Shown here: piece after piece, positions 1-10,702 of the stretch
Numbering within the stretch: the first letter of the stretch is position 1
How the letters are laid out: each line of letters begins with the position of its first letter
Origin: Mycoplasmatota bacterium
Lineage (GTDB): Bacteria > Bacillota_I > Bacilli_A > Izemoplasmatales > Hujiaoplasmataceae
Assembly (NCBI GenBank): GCA_027859085.1
Contig: JAQIBJ010000013.1
Span: forward strand, 1,372-65,371
Direction: 5' to 3'
Length of the DNA: 64,000 bases
Notes under the pieces: generated by a model
Seen by the model: the letters and a program-made list of their open reading frames with translations, nothing else
What the model was told of the DNA's origin: nothing
The model's database searches: none
Translations under genes and position numbers: made by a program

Positions 1-1740
1 ACCTAAATATATATGAATATTATTTAAAGTTACATTCACTGATTCCTTTTTCTTAATAAGAATTTCTTTAATGGCTTTTCTAATCACTGTACCAATTAAG
101 CGTTCTATTTGTCTAACACCGGCTTCGCGAGTATAGTCTCTGATAATGGTTTTAATGGCTGAGTCAGTAATGCTAAATTTATCATCATCTAAACCATGTC
201 CTTTAATTTGTTTTTCAATTAAAAAGTTTTTAGCAATATGGAATTTCTCTATTTCAGTATAAGAACTGACATCAATGACTTCCATACGGTCTCTTAAAGG
301 AGCAGGAATATTTTGTAAATAGTTCGCTGTGGTAATAAACATGACTTTAGATAAATCATAATCTTCATCTACATAATGATCACTAAAATATTTATTTTGT
401 TCAGGATCTAAAACTTCTAATAATGCAGAAGATGGATCATCTTTTTGGTTTTGTGTTAACTTATCAATTTCATCAATTAAGAATACAGGATTTGTAACCC
501 CTGCTTTAATCATTCCATTCATCACTCTACCAGGTAATGCTCCCACGTAAGTTCTTCTATGACCTCTAATTTCAGCTTCATCATGAACACCACCTAAAGA
601 TGTTTTGACAAACTTACGATTCAATGCATTTGCAATTGATTTAGCAAGTGAGGTTTTACCAACACCAGGAGGTCCTGCAAGACAAAGAATTGTTTGAGGG
701 TTTTTTCCTGTTAACATTTTAACTGACAGATACTCAATAATACGATCTTTTACTTTCTTAAGACCATAATGTGATTCTTCAAGTTTATTAATAGCAACAT
801 TGATATCTTTTTCATCTTCTGTTACTTTTGACCAAGGAATTGATATTAATGTCTCAATATAAGTTCTAGCAACATTTGATTCATTTGAATTAGGTGCTAG
901 ATATTCATAACGTTTTAACTCTTTCAAAGCTTTATCTTTTACTTTTTCAGGCATATTTGATTCATTGATTTCTTTTAAAAACTTATCATGATCGCTTTGT
1001 TTAGAATCGCCCAATTCTTCTTGAATGGCACGCATTTTTTGTCTTAGATAATATTCTTTTTGATTTTGGTCAGAAGATTTTCTTACATTTTCATTGATTC
1101 TATTTTCAATGGCTTGTAATCTCTTTTGTTTTTCAACATCTTCTAATAACATTTGAATTCTTCTGTTTACAGATAATTCTTTTAAATACTTAATTTTCTC
1201 ATTTTCTGAAATGCGTAATTCTGAAGCCACCAAATCAGATAGACTTGATGATGTGATGCCTTCTTTTAAAGAACTCAAAACTTTCTTTTGATCTCTAAAT
1301 AAGAATTTAGAATTTTCAACAACTTCTTTAGACAAAATTTTAGAAGACACTTGTTGTTCATCCATATCATCAACTTTAGTAATCATTGATGTGAATTCAA
1401 TTTCGTAATATGGACTCGTAATGATTAAATCTTCTAATCTAACTCTTGTGATTGGTGTGAATTTTATTTTATAATTCCCGTTAGGCAACTTAATTTTTAC
1501 AGCTATTTTGGCCAAGATACCTACATCAATAAAATCGCCAAACTCAGGATTTTCTATTTTCGGATTTTGTTGAAAAACCAATAAAACATGACCATCACGG
1601 TTTTCTTCCGCTTCATGGATTGCTTCTTTTGTAAATTCTCTTCCAACTTCTACACGTATATCTGATACCGGTAAGAATATAATACCTCTTACTGCAATAA
1701 CAGGTAATTGGTCAGTGAATTTGTCATTTGGATTATACAT
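1..1740 (-). CDS. lon: ATP-dependent Lon protease (N-terminal part; runs off window start; not in ORF track)
   Basis: ATG at 1740 with AGGTGA RBS; reads MYNPNDKFTDQLPVIAVRG..., Walker A ILCLAGPPGVGKTS, HRRTYVGALPGR, PVFLIDEIDK. Confidence 0.96.
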   Translation of the reverse strand, partial: MYNPNDKFTDQLPVIAVRGIIFLPVSDIRVEVGREFTKEAIHEAEENRDGHVLLVFQQNPKIENPEFGDFIDVGILAKIAVKIKLPNGNYKIKFTPITRVRLEDLIITSPYYEIEFTSMITKVDDMDEQQVSSKILSKEVVENSKFLFRDQKKVLSSLKEGITSSSLSDLVASELRISENEKIKYLKELSVNRRIQMLLEDVEKQKRLQAIENRINENVRKSSDQNQKEYYLRQKMRAIQEELGDSKQSDHDKFLKEINESNMPEKVKDKALKELKRYEYLAPNSNESNVARTYIETLISIPWSKVTEDEKDINVAINKLEESHYGLKKVKDRIIEYLSVKMLTGKNPQTILCLAGPPGVGKTSLAKSIANALNRKFVKTSLGGVHDEAEIRGHRRTYVGALPGRVMNGMIKAGVTNPVFLIDEIDKLTQNQKDDPSSALLEVLDPEQNKYFSDHYVDEDYDLSKVMFITTANYLQNIPAPLRDRMEVIDVSSYTEIEKFHIAKNFLIEKQIKGHGLDDDKFSITDSAIKTIIRDYTREAGVRQIERLIGTVIRKAIKEILIKKKESVNVTLNNIHIYLG

Positions 1741-1793
1741 TCTGTCACCTCTTTTTCTAATTAATCTTCATATAGTATTTTACCATAATAATA

Positions 1794-1837
1794 GAAAAAA
1801 CCCTAATATTTTAATCTTAAAAGTCTCAGGGTTTTTC
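1794..1837 (-). terminator. Probable intrinsic terminator after tig
   Basis: GAAAAACCCTGA...TTAGGGTTTTTTC composite hairpin with U-run on the minus strand. Confidence 0.6.
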
Positions 1838-1862
1838 ATTTATAATTACTATTTATTGGTAA

Positions 1863-3203
1863 TTATTTTTCTTCTTTTTTAGTTTCTTTTTTAGTTTCTT
1901 TTTTTTCATCAACATCTGCATTTTCAACTAAGAAATCAATTGTTTCAGCAAATAAAATTTCTGATTCAATTGCAGATTGAGGAACAGATTGTTTTATTTG
2001 TTCCATAGAAACATTTTGTGATTTATATTGTTCAAGTAATTCATCATATTTAGCATTAATATCTTCTTCTTTAACTTCAAATTTTTCAGCTTTACCAATT
2101 TCAACGACAACCAATTGTTGAGAAATATTATTTTTAGCTTGAACTTTTAATTCATCTTTAAATTGTTCAACTGTTTTTCCCATATATTGTAAATAAGTAT
2201 CGAAATCTAAGCCATATTGTTTAATTTGAGCTTCTTGTTGTTTAAGCATACGATTTGTTTCTTCTTCAATCATTTCATCAGGAATCTCAAATTTGGCATT
2301 TGCAACAGCTTTTTCAATGACTGATTGTTTGATATGGTTTTCATTTTCTTTTTCTTTTGCTACTTCAAGTTCTTTTCTAACGTGTTCTTTGTAATCATCC
2401 ATTGTATTAACATTTTCAATGTCTTGTTCTTTCACAAAATCTTCGTTAAACTTAGGAACTTGTCTTTCTTTGATTTCATGAAGTTTAACAGCAAATACTG
2501 CTTCTTTACCAGCTAAAGTTTCTTGTTGGTAATCTTCTGGGAAAGTCACTGTAACTTCTTTTTCTTCTTCTGGTTTCATATCAAACATTTGTTCTTCAAA
2601 TCCAGGAATAAATTGCCCAGATCCAATTTCTAATTCATAGTTTTCTGCAGTTCCACCTTCAAATTTTTCACCATCAACTGACCCTGAAAAATCAAATACA
2701 GCTGTGTTACCTTTTTCAAGTGTACCTTCTTCTTTTAAAATCATTTCAGCACTTTGTTCTACTTTACGTTCAAGTTCAGCTTCAACTTCAGAATCACTTG
2801 CTTTAGCAGGAACAGCGCTGACTTTTAAATCTTTGTAATTACCAAGTTCAATTTCAGGTCTTACAGCAACTGTAACGCCATAAGTGAAATCTTCACCACG
2901 TGTAATTGTATTTGGATCTAAATCGATTTTAGGTTGTGCAACAACATCAATATTATTATCAACAACAGCGTTATAATATGTTTCTTGAAGAACATGTTGT
3001 ATTGCTTCATTGTACAATGACTCAATACCATACTTGTTTTCAAATACCTTTCTTGGTGCTTTACCTTTTCTAAATCCTTTAATTTCTACTTTTTCATTTT
3101 CGATCTTAAATGCATGATCTAAACCTTCTTCAAATTTCTCTGATGAAACATTTACATCAAATTTCACTCTTGATCCGTCTTGCTTTTCAATTTTTAATGA
3201 CAT
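1863..3203 (-). CDS. tig: Trigger factor
   Basis: GFRKGKAP ribosome-binding motif; FKBP domain FEGG...IGSGQFIPGFEEQ. Confidence 0.97.
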   Translation of the reverse strand: MSLKIEKQDGSRVKFDVNVSSEKFEEGLDHAFKIENEKVEIKGFRKGKAPRKVFENKYGIESLYNEAIQHVLQETYYNAVVDNNIDVVAQPKIDLDPNTITRGEDFTYGVTVAVRPEIELGNYKDLKVSAVPAKASDSEVEAELERKVEQSAEMILKEEGTLEKGNTAVFDFSGSVDGEKFEGGTAENYELEIGSGQFIPGFEEQMFDMKPEEEKEVTVTFPEDYQQETLAGKEAVFAVKLHEIKERQVPKFNEDFVKEQDIENVNTMDDYKEHVRKELEVAKEKENENHIKQSVIEKAVANAKFEIPDEMIEEETNRMLKQQEAQIKQYGLDFDTYLQYMGKTVEQFKDELKVQAKNNISQQLVVVEIGKAEKFEVKEEDINAKYDELLEQYKSQNVSMEQIKQSVPQSAIESEILFAETIDFLVENADVDEKKETKKETKKEEK

Positions 3204-3282
3204 AGTTTTTATACCCCCGTGTCGTCTATTTTTTCACTTTTCAAATTATAACAAAAATATGCACATAAAGCAAATAATTCAG

Positions 3283-4197
3283 TTAAAATATTTTGTTAAA
3301 AATTCCTTTTAATCTGCTTGGTAACTTTTTCATTGATTCTGTAATAACTCTAGGCAATAATATAACCGCTTCACCAAAGGCAAGCTTCCTTATTTGTTTT
3401 CTATCCAATCCTTTTAAATCCATGAATAAATAGTTGCGACAAATGATACCAACTCTTAATGATAACAGAGCGTTTCCTAGGCCTTGAGCAAATGAACCTG
3501 TCACTGTTTTAAGCAACGGCATTTCTTGAAGTGCATTTAAAGACGATGAAGGAAATACTTCTGAAAAATTCATATCTTCTAAGTTTTCGGCGATAATTGC
3601 TGTCGATAATACATTTAAAGATATTCTTCCTAAGCTCACATAACTAGGTCTAAACCCACATTTTTGAACCAAGGCTTTTATAAGTTTAAGATTTATAGTA
3701 ATTACAGCAATGGCATCTAAACGTCCATTTTGTGAAATGGCAGTTGATAGATACACAGTTTCTGCATGTTCAACAATCATTTTATTTAATTCTTTTTTAA
3801 TCGTTTTATCAAAAATAGTTGATAAAGTCCCCTTTAGCAATAAACTATCATTTAAACTATCGTTTAGAAGTTCTTTTTCTTCTGCACTAATATATTCCTC
3901 TTTCATTAAGTTTTTTGCGACTTTTTTGTACATACGATAATTTTTCTTAGCATTTTGTTCTTCTGTAAATAGATGATCCATCGAAAAACTAGGTGATAAT
4001 AAAACAATTAACAATGGTCTTAAAAATAAAATTATAAATAAAATTCCTGATACACCATAAAATGCATACTCTGCATATAGATGTACTGCAGAAATCCTAT
4101 CTCCTAAATTTAAAACAGCTGAAAGAATAATCAAAATTAAAAAAAACACAGAAGCAATCCCAATAAAAATCCAAAAAGGTTTACCTAACTTATTCAT
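3283..4197 (-). CDS. YcjF/DUF697-like membrane protein
   Basis: Two N-terminal TM helices; TAISQNGRLD and QGLGNALLSLRVG segments resemble YcjF-family proteins. Confidence 0.7.
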   Translation of the reverse strand: MNKLGKPFWIFIGIASVFFLILIILSAVLNLGDRISAVHLYAEYAFYGVSGILFIILFLRPLLIVLLSPSFSMDHLFTEEQNAKKNYRMYKKVAKNLMKEEYISAEEKELLNDSLNDSLLLKGTLSTIFDKTIKKELNKMIVEHAETVYLSTAISQNGRLDAIAVITINLKLIKALVQKCGFRPSYVSLGRISLNVLSTAIIAENLEDMNFSEVFPSSSLNALQEMPLLKTVTGSFAQGLGNALLSLRVGIICRNYLFMDLKGLDRKQIRKLAFGEAVILLPRVITESMKKLPSRLKGIFNKIF

Positions 4198-5111
4198 AAA
4201 TTTCTCCTCATTAAAATATTTTTAGATCTTTCAACATCTTTACGTATTTGTTTGATTAATGATTCTTTATTTGAATATCTAATTTCATCGCGCATAAATT
4301 CAATAAACTCGATAGAAATATATTTACCATATAAATCTTTATCAATATCAAAAATATAGGTTTCTAAACTAATCGATTGATCTTTAAACGTTGGTTTTTT
4401 TCCAACATTTGTGACACCAAAGTGTTCAACACCTTCAATGATTACTTTAGTTAAATATACACCCAGTTTAGGCAAATAATAATTGGTGAAGTCAATGTTT
4501 GCGGTCGGAAAGCCAAGTTGTTTTCCCATCCCTCTTCCATGTATCACTTCACCACTGATTTGATAATTTCTTCCCAATAAGTAATTGGCTAAGTCTAATT
4601 CGCCTTCATCAAGATATTTTCTAATAATGGTCGACCCAATTTTATCATCCTGATAAGTAATCTCAGGTAAAATAATGGTTTTAAACTCTTTATATTTCTT
4701 TAAATCTTCTACAGTACCTAAACTTCTAAAACCATACGTAAAATCAAAACCGACAACAAGATGAGACATATCAATGAGATATCGTTTAATAAAAGCATCC
4801 GGGTTTAAACTAATAAACTCTTTAGATACTTTAAAGACATATAAGATATCGACATCAAATTTCTTTAAAATTTCTTTTTTATCTTCAATTGATGTTAAAT
4901 AATAAAATGCTTTATTATTTAAATACTTCCCAATACTTTGGTCAAAAGTAAAAACAAATAAAGGTTTATTTGTTTCTTTTTTTATTGATTGCCCTTTTTT
5001 TATAAGTGCTTGATGAGCAATATGTAAGCCATCAAAAAAGCCTAAACACGCAATGCCATCTTTTTCTTTTATCTCATCAAGATGAGATAAATATTTAACC
5101 TTTAGCACCAT
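4194..5111 (-). CDS. ribF: Bifunctional riboflavin kinase/FAD synthetase
   Basis: GFFDGLHIAH, VVGFDFTYG, GKQLGFPTAN, GVTNVGKKPTF. Confidence 0.95.
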   Translation of the reverse strand: MVLKVKYLSHLDEIKEKDGIACLGFFDGLHIAHQALIKKGQSIKKETNKPLFVFTFDQSIGKYLNNKAFYYLTSIEDKKEILKKFDVDILYVFKVSKEFISLNPDAFIKRYLIDMSHLVVGFDFTYGFRSLGTVEDLKKYKEFKTIILPEITYQDDKIGSTIIRKYLDEGELDLANYLLGRNYQISGEVIHGRGMGKQLGFPTANIDFTNYYLPKLGVYLTKVIIEGVEHFGVTNVGKKPTFKDQSISLETYIFDIDKDLYGKYISIEFIEFMRDEIRYSNKESLIKQIRKDVERSKNILMRRNL

Positions 5112-5986
5112 TTCACCGACATTCTCATCACATCTTTGTCTTCATCGTAATAATATATTGCTAAAACTTGACCTTCACTTGAATAAATGATGGTGTCTGT
5201 TTTCTCTTTAAACAATGACAATTCTAAAAAACGTCCGTTTTCAATATAAGATTTAGCTCTTTCATCAACAATCAGTTTTTGCATGGTTAAAAATTGGAAT
5301 GGCTCTTTAATTTCTACATCTCCAGCTTTTAATTGTTCAATTGTAAAAGCATCTTTGATATGAAATTTTTCAATACTGGTTCTTCTTAATTCACCCAAAG
5401 CACCCACCATACCGAGTTTTTTTCCTAAATCTCTTGCAATACCACGAATATAAGTACCCTTTGATACTTTTAAATGGGCTTTAATTCTAAAAACTGATCC
5501 TGTTTCTAATACTTCAAAGTTTTCTATATCAAAAACTTCAATTTCTCTAGGTTCAATATGATTGATTTCAATGTCTCGTCTCGCAAGTTCATACAATTTT
5601 AAACCGTTTATTTTCACTGCTGAAAACTTAGGTGGTGTTTGCATTGATTTTCCTTTAAAAGACATTAATGCCTCATAAACATCTTTTTCTTTCAAAGAAC
5701 TTGCATCAACTTCTTCAATCACTTTACCTGTTAAATCATCAGAATCGGTTCCTTTACCAATCACCATTTCAGATTCATATGTTTTGGTGTTTTCAGAAAA
5801 GAACTTCACTAGTTTAGTGGCTTTATTCACACACAAAACAAGTACACCCGTTGCATTAGGGTCTAACGTTCCTATATGACCGATACGGCGTGTGTTTAAT
5901 GCTTTTCTAGCAACATCAACAACGTCATGAGAAGTCATATCCTTTGGTTTATCCATGATTAATACACCATTTTCTATTTCACTCAT
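5102..5986 (-). CDS. truB: tRNA pseudouridine(55) synthase
   Basis: DKPKDMTSHDVV, GHIGTLDPNATGVL, PPKFSAVKINGLKLYELAR, SKGTYIR. Confidence 0.97.
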   Translation of the reverse strand: MSEIENGVLIMDKPKDMTSHDVVDVARKALNTRRIGHIGTLDPNATGVLVLCVNKATKLVKFFSENTKTYESEMVIGKGTDSDDLTGKVIEEVDASSLKEKDVYEALMSFKGKSMQTPPKFSAVKINGLKLYELARRDIEINHIEPREIEVFDIENFEVLETGSVFRIKAHLKVSKGTYIRGIARDLGKKLGMVGALGELRRTSIEKFHIKDAFTIEQLKAGDVEIKEPFQFLTMQKLIVDERAKSYIENGRFLELSLFKEKTDTIIYSSEGQVLAIYYYDEDKDVMRMSVKWC

Positions 5987-6008
5987 CTTTTACATCTCCT
6001 CGATTTTT

Positions 6009-8339
6009 CTACTTAAAATATATAACAGTAACACCATTTCCGCCTTCAGTTTCCCCTCCGGAACGAAAATTCTTGATTTGTGGATTTTTCTTTGAGTATT
6101 TTTCTACACCTTTTTTCAATGCCATAGTACCAATACCATGAATAATATATGCAAATTCGAGATTGTTCAACAAACAATCATCAACGAACTTATCTAATTC
6201 CTCCATTGCATCGAGATATCGTTTACCATGAAGGTCTAACTCTACTTTAACATTTTTAATCGGTTTCGGTGTTGTTTTATACTTGGGTTTCTCTTTTTTA
6301 GCCTTGCCAAGGTATTCAAGTTCATCTTCTTTTGCTGTGACGGTTAAAATACCCATTTGAACTTCAAACTCATTGTTTTTAAGTTTCTTATTTACAACAC
6401 CATTGCGTTGATAGGTTAATACTTTAACACTGTCTCCCACTTTTATTTTATGATTGGTTGATTTTTGATAAACGGGTTCGTCTTTAATAATGTTCTTACT
6501 TCTATGTTTAATATCAGCCAACTTATGTTCTTTAAAATGTGCTTGCTGTGCTTGAGATTTTAATTCATCCAATTCTTCAATCAGTTGTTCAACTTCTTTT
6601 AACGCGTCTTTTTGTTTCTCTAAGTTTTCTTTTTCGTATTTAGAAATCAGTCGATTGTGTTCTTGTATTTGTTTTTGCTTTTCAGCCTTTAATGTTTCTT
6701 CTTTATTATCTAAAACTTGAGTTTTTTCATGATAGTCTTCAATTTGTCTTTCCAAATCTATACTCTGTTTTTCAAGTTTATTAATTAATTTTGTAACATC
6801 TGTATCAAAACTTATTGAAACTTTTTCTGCAGCATTACATATGGATTCATCTAAGCCTAGCCTTCTTGCAATTGATATTGCATTCGATTGACCAGGCACA
6901 CCTACTTTTAACTTATAAGTTGGTTTTAAACTCTTTAAATCAAATTCAACAGATGCATTGATGATGTCATCAAGGTTATATGCATAAGTTTTAAGTTCTG
7001 GATAATGGGTTGTAACCATTGAGTAAATATGATTCTTTCTGATATAATCCATAATTGAAATGGCTAATGAAGCACCTTCTTTTGGATCAGTTCCAGAACC
7101 AATTTCATCCAGTAACACCAATGAATCATCTTCAATATCATTTAATATTCTAATAATATTTCCAATATGAGATGAAAACGTTGATAATGATTGTTCAATG
7201 GATTGTTCATCGCCTATGTCCGCAAATATATTAGAAAAAATGATTGTTTCAGATTGTTCATTAACTGGAATTAACATACCTGATTGAACCATCATTGATA
7301 ATAAACCTAATGTTTTTAATGCAACTGTTTTCCCACCTGTATTGGGTCCAGTAATTATAATATGTCTATAATCTCTAAAGATAATATTGTTGCCAACAAC
7401 TTCTTTAGGATCAATTAAGGGGTGTCTCGCATTAATCAATTTAACGCTATCAGTTATAAGCGGTCTTGTCATGTGATAGTCACATGCATATTTTGCTTTT
7501 GCAAATATGGTGTCTAAATAAGTAAATATACTCAAATTTGTTTTTAAATCTTCTACATGTTCAGTTACATAAGACGTTAATTCTCTTAAAATTTTTTCAA
7601 TTTCATTTTCTTCTTCTAACATTAAATTTTGTAACTCATTATTCAATGTAAAACAAGCCATTGGTTCAATAAAAACTGTTTCTTTACTGGCTGATTGATC
7701 ATGAATCATGCCTTTAAAAGAATTCTTATGTTCTGATTTAACTGGTAAAACTAAACGGTTATTACGTATCGTGATAATACTATCAGTTAACTTTTTAGCT
7801 TCGCTTTTTAATAGTGATGCCATTTTTCGATCTATTTTATCTTCGGTTGTTTTAATTTGATTTCTTAATTTTGATAACTTAGGAGATGCATAATCATATA
7901 TATCGCCTTTTTTATCGATGACAGAATCGATTTGTTTTTTTAAACTTGATAAATTTACAATTCGGTCATAATAATCTTTTAAAGCACTAAAATCTATTTC
8001 AAGATTTGTAATCTTCTTAATATACTGATCTGTTCTTTGAATGGCTTCTTGGTGAGAAACCACCTTCATAAATTCTTCAATGGTTAAAACTGATTCAATT
8101 TTAGCTTTTTTAATGACTGAGCGAATGTCTAAAACACCAGTTAAAGGTGTACGATCTAATCTCAATATCATTATTTTGGCTTGTTCAACTTGTAATAAAC
8201 TACTTTCAATAGAAATACGATTATTAATCGGTTGAATTTCTAAAACATCAGAATGACCAATATCAGTTATTGTATATGAAGATAAAATTTGTTTTATTTT
8301 ATCAAATTCAAGTTTTTTTATATCTGCAATCATATTCAC
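6009..8339 (-). CDS. mutS2: Endonuclease MutS2
   Basis: ITGPNTGGKT, DIGDEQSIEQSLSTFSSH, C-terminal Smr domain LDLHG...IIHGIG. Confidence 0.96.
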   Translation of the reverse strand: MNMIADIKKLEFDKIKQILSSYTITDIGHSDVLEIQPINNRISIESSLLQVEQAKIMILRLDRTPLTGVLDIRSVIKKAKIESVLTIEEFMKVVSHQEAIQRTDQYIKKITNLEIDFSALKDYYDRIVNLSSLKKQIDSVIDKKGDIYDYASPKLSKLRNQIKTTEDKIDRKMASLLKSEAKKLTDSIITIRNNRLVLPVKSEHKNSFKGMIHDQSASKETVFIEPMACFTLNNELQNLMLEEENEIEKILRELTSYVTEHVEDLKTNLSIFTYLDTIFAKAKYACDYHMTRPLITDSVKLINARHPLIDPKEVVGNNIIFRDYRHIIITGPNTGGKTVALKTLGLLSMMVQSGMLIPVNEQSETIIFSNIFADIGDEQSIEQSLSTFSSHIGNIIRILNDIEDDSLVLLDEIGSGTDPKEGASLAISIMDYIRKNHIYSMVTTHYPELKTYAYNLDDIINASVEFDLKSLKPTYKLKVGVPGQSNAISIARRLGLDESICNAAEKVSISFDTDVTKLINKLEKQSIDLERQIEDYHEKTQVLDNKEETLKAEKQKQIQEHNRLISKYEKENLEKQKDALKEVEQLIEELDELKSQAQQAHFKEHKLADIKHRSKNIIKDEPVYQKSTNHKIKVGDSVKVLTYQRNGVVNKKLKNNEFEVQMGILTVTAKEDELEYLGKAKKEKPKYKTTPKPIKNVKVELDLHGKRYLDAMEELDKFVDDCLLNNLEFAYIIHGIGTMALKKGVEKYSKKNPQIKNFRSGGETEGGNGVTVIYFK

Positions 8340-8352
8340 TCTCCGTATCTTC

Positions 8353-8379
8353 TATTTTACCACAAATTGTGATAAAATA
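8353..8379. promoter_or_regulatory. Back-to-back extended -10 promoters for mutS2 and rnhC
   Basis: TATTTTACCACA-AAT-TGTGATAAAATA near-palindrome gives TGnTAAAAT on both strands. Confidence 0.55.
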
Positions 8380-8397
8380 AAAAGAGGAGTTGAGACA

Positions 8398-9297
8398 ATG
8401 AAGACTGTTTTCGAAATAAATGATAAATATCTAGAAAAACTTAAAAATTACTACAAATCTTGTGAAGTAGAGCCAAACACCCCACATATCAAACACCTTT
8501 TTAAAACAGATGAATTTACCATCAGTGTTTACAAATCAAATAAAGTGTTATTTCAAGGTGAAGATGCTGAAGAAGAATATCAAAAATGGGTAAAAGTTAC
8601 AGGTATTAAACCCTCTATTCCTAAACCAATTAATCAAACAGCCTATATGAATGAGTACTATAAAAAAACGGCTATTGGTACAGATGAAGTTGGTACTGGA
8701 GATTTTTTCGGCCCAGTAGTCGTAACCGCTGCCTTAATTGGTCCTAAAAACTACCCATTTCTAAAAGAATATAACATTCAAGATAGTAAAAATATCAACG
8801 ATGATGTTATTTTGAAAATCGCGCCTCACTTAATCAAACAAATACCTCACCATACAATAGTCTTAAATAACGAAAAATTTAATGAATTAACAAAAAAAGG
8901 CTATAATATGAATAAAATAAAAGCTTATCTTCACAATCACGCCATTAAAAAATTAATGAGTAAGCATAAAGAATACGACACCATCATTATCGATCAATTC
9001 TGTAGTGAAAAGAACTACTATAAATATTTAGAAGAACAAGATGTTGTAAAACAGATAGAATTGATTGAAAAAGCAGAATCTATCCATCAATCAGTTGCTG
9101 TTGCCGCAATTATTGCTAGATACACATTCCTAATTGAAATGGACAGACTAAGTGAAAGCATAAATTTAACACTTCCTAAAGGTGCATCTGGTTCAGTTGA
9201 CGCCATTGGAAAACTGATACATCTAAAATATGGAGACGACATTTTTAATCAAATTGCTAAAATAAATTTTAAAAATATGCAAAAAATAAAGGGATAA
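8398..9297 (+). CDS. rnhC: Ribonuclease HIII
   Basis: N-terminal domain with YKSNKVLFQG; IGTDEVGTGDFFGP, DSK, IDQF, AVAAAIIAR. Confidence 0.95.
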   Translation: MKTVFEINDKYLEKLKNYYKSCEVEPNTPHIKHLFKTDEFTISVYKSNKVLFQGEDAEEEYQKWVKVTGIKPSIPKPINQTAYMNEYYKKTAIGTDEVGTGDFFGPVVVTAALIGPKNYPFLKEYNIQDSKNINDDVILKIAPHLIKQIPHHTIVLNNEKFNELTKKGYNMNKIKAYLHNHAIKKLMSKHKEYDTIIIDQFCSEKNYYKYLEEQDVVKQIELIEKAESIHQSVAVAAIIARYTFLIEMDRLSESINLTLPKGASGSVDAIGKLIHLKYGDDIFNQIAKINFKNMQKIKG

Positions 9298-9304
9298 CTA
9301 TTTG

Positions 9305-10210
9305 TTAACCCTTTTTTTTATGTAAAAATTCTTTAAATTCTTCAGGTAATTCCGAATCAAACGACATCCATTCATTAGTTCTAGGATGAGTGAACCCAAT
9401 AATTTTAGCGTGTAAATATTGACCAAAGTCATCAATTTTTATACCATATAATTCATCATTCACAAGTGGATGACCAATATATTTCATATGCACTCTAATT
9501 TGATGAGTACGACCTGTTTCTAATCGACATTTAATTAATGTCATATCATTAAATACTTCAATGACTTCGAAATGTGTCACAGCACTCTTACCGCCAGAAA
9601 TGATACTCATTCTTAATCTATTATGTGGATCTCTTCCAATTGGTGCGTTTATTTTACCGCGCTTATTTTTTATAACACCTTCAACCAAAGCTATATATTC
9701 TCTTTTTGTCTCTTTCAATTGAAGTTCTTCTGCCAATTTTTCATGGGCGTAATTATTCTTCGCAACCATTAATAATCCACTGGTATCTTTATCTAAACGA
9801 TGAACGATACCTGGTCTTAAACTACCATTGATATTTGAAAGCGACTCAAAATGATACATTAAAGCATTCACCATTGTATCTTTATAATGACCAGGTGCCG
9901 GGTGTACAACCATACCTGATGGTTTATTGACAATTAGTAAGTCATCATCTTCATATACAATTTCCAAAGGAATATTCATTGGCGTAATTTCTTTTGAGTT
10001 AAGTTCAGTTTCAAAAATTTCAATTAAATCATTTTCTTTTAATTTATAAGATGATTTAGTCGATTCTCCATTGACTAAAATGTAATCTTCATCAATTAAA
10101 GATTGAATGGTAGATCTTGATATTTCATCCAACTCATTTGATAAATATTTATCTATGCGTGTTTTATTTTGATCATTTGTTACAGTCATTCTTATTACAT
10201 CATCATTCAT
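9305..10210 (-). CDS. rluD: RluA/RluD-family pseudouridine synthase
   Basis: S4 domain, NKPSGMVVHP, HRLDKDTSG, TGRTHQIRVH; follows lspA. Confidence 0.93.
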   Translation of the reverse strand: MNDDVIRMTVTNDQNKTRIDKYLSNELDEISRSTIQSLIDEDYILVNGESTKSSYKLKENDLIEIFETELNSKEITPMNIPLEIVYEDDDLLIVNKPSGMVVHPAPGHYKDTMVNALMYHFESLSNINGSLRPGIVHRLDKDTSGLLMVAKNNYAHEKLAEELQLKETKREYIALVEGVIKNKRGKINAPIGRDPHNRLRMSIISGGKSAVTHFEVIEVFNDMTLIKCRLETGRTHQIRVHMKYIGHPLVNDELYGIKIDDFGQYLHAKIIGFTHPRTNEWMSFDSELPEEFKEFLHKKKG

Positions 10211-10694
10211 GTTCTTTTCTCCTTTTGTTTTCTAAAAAGAAAACATCAATGAACAAAATGACCAAACCAACATTTAAATATACATCCGCAAAATTAAAGA
10301 CATATGTCCACAAATCACCTAATCCTCTAAAATCAATAAAGTCAATGACACCGTGATCTGGTTGAAATAAACGATCAATCGCATTACCCAGTGTACCTGC
10401 AATCAATAAAGTTAAAGCCAAAGCGTACCAATGAGTTCTCTTATCTTTAAAATCATTTTTATAAAACATTACACCAAAAATACTTAAAGCAATCAGTGCA
10501 AAAATTGTTAATACTAGTGTATAGGTTGTAGTCGCTCCTTGAAACATACCAAAAACCAACCCTAAATTTCTAACATAAGTAATATGTAAGAATCCTTCAA
10601 TGAGTCCATAATTAATCTCATAGGTAGCCACTAAAAATTTTGTTAATTGATCGAAGGCAAGTAAGCCTACCATCAATGCTATCCACTTTTTCAT
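10203..10694 (-). CDS. lspA: Lipoprotein signal peptidase II
   Basis: DQLTK, GNAIDR, VIDFI, VFNFAD motifs. Confidence 0.95.
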   Translation of the reverse strand: MKKWIALMVGLLAFDQLTKFLVATYEINYGLIEGFLHITYVRNLGLVFGMFQGATTTYTLVLTIFALIALSIFGVMFYKNDFKDKRTHWYALALTLLIAGTLGNAIDRLFQPDHGVIDFIDFRGLGDLWTYVFNFADVYLNVGLVILFIDVFFLENKRRKEHE

Positions 10695-10702
10695 AAGTCC
10701 TC

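Noticed and set aside
1872-1906. 12-bp tandem repeat at the end of tig (KKETKKETKKEEK)
   Set aside because: Low-complexity charged tail; in frame and unremarkable.
5010-5045. RibF HIAH variant of the HxGH motif
   Set aside because: A single conservative change with the other motifs intact; not evidence of lost function.
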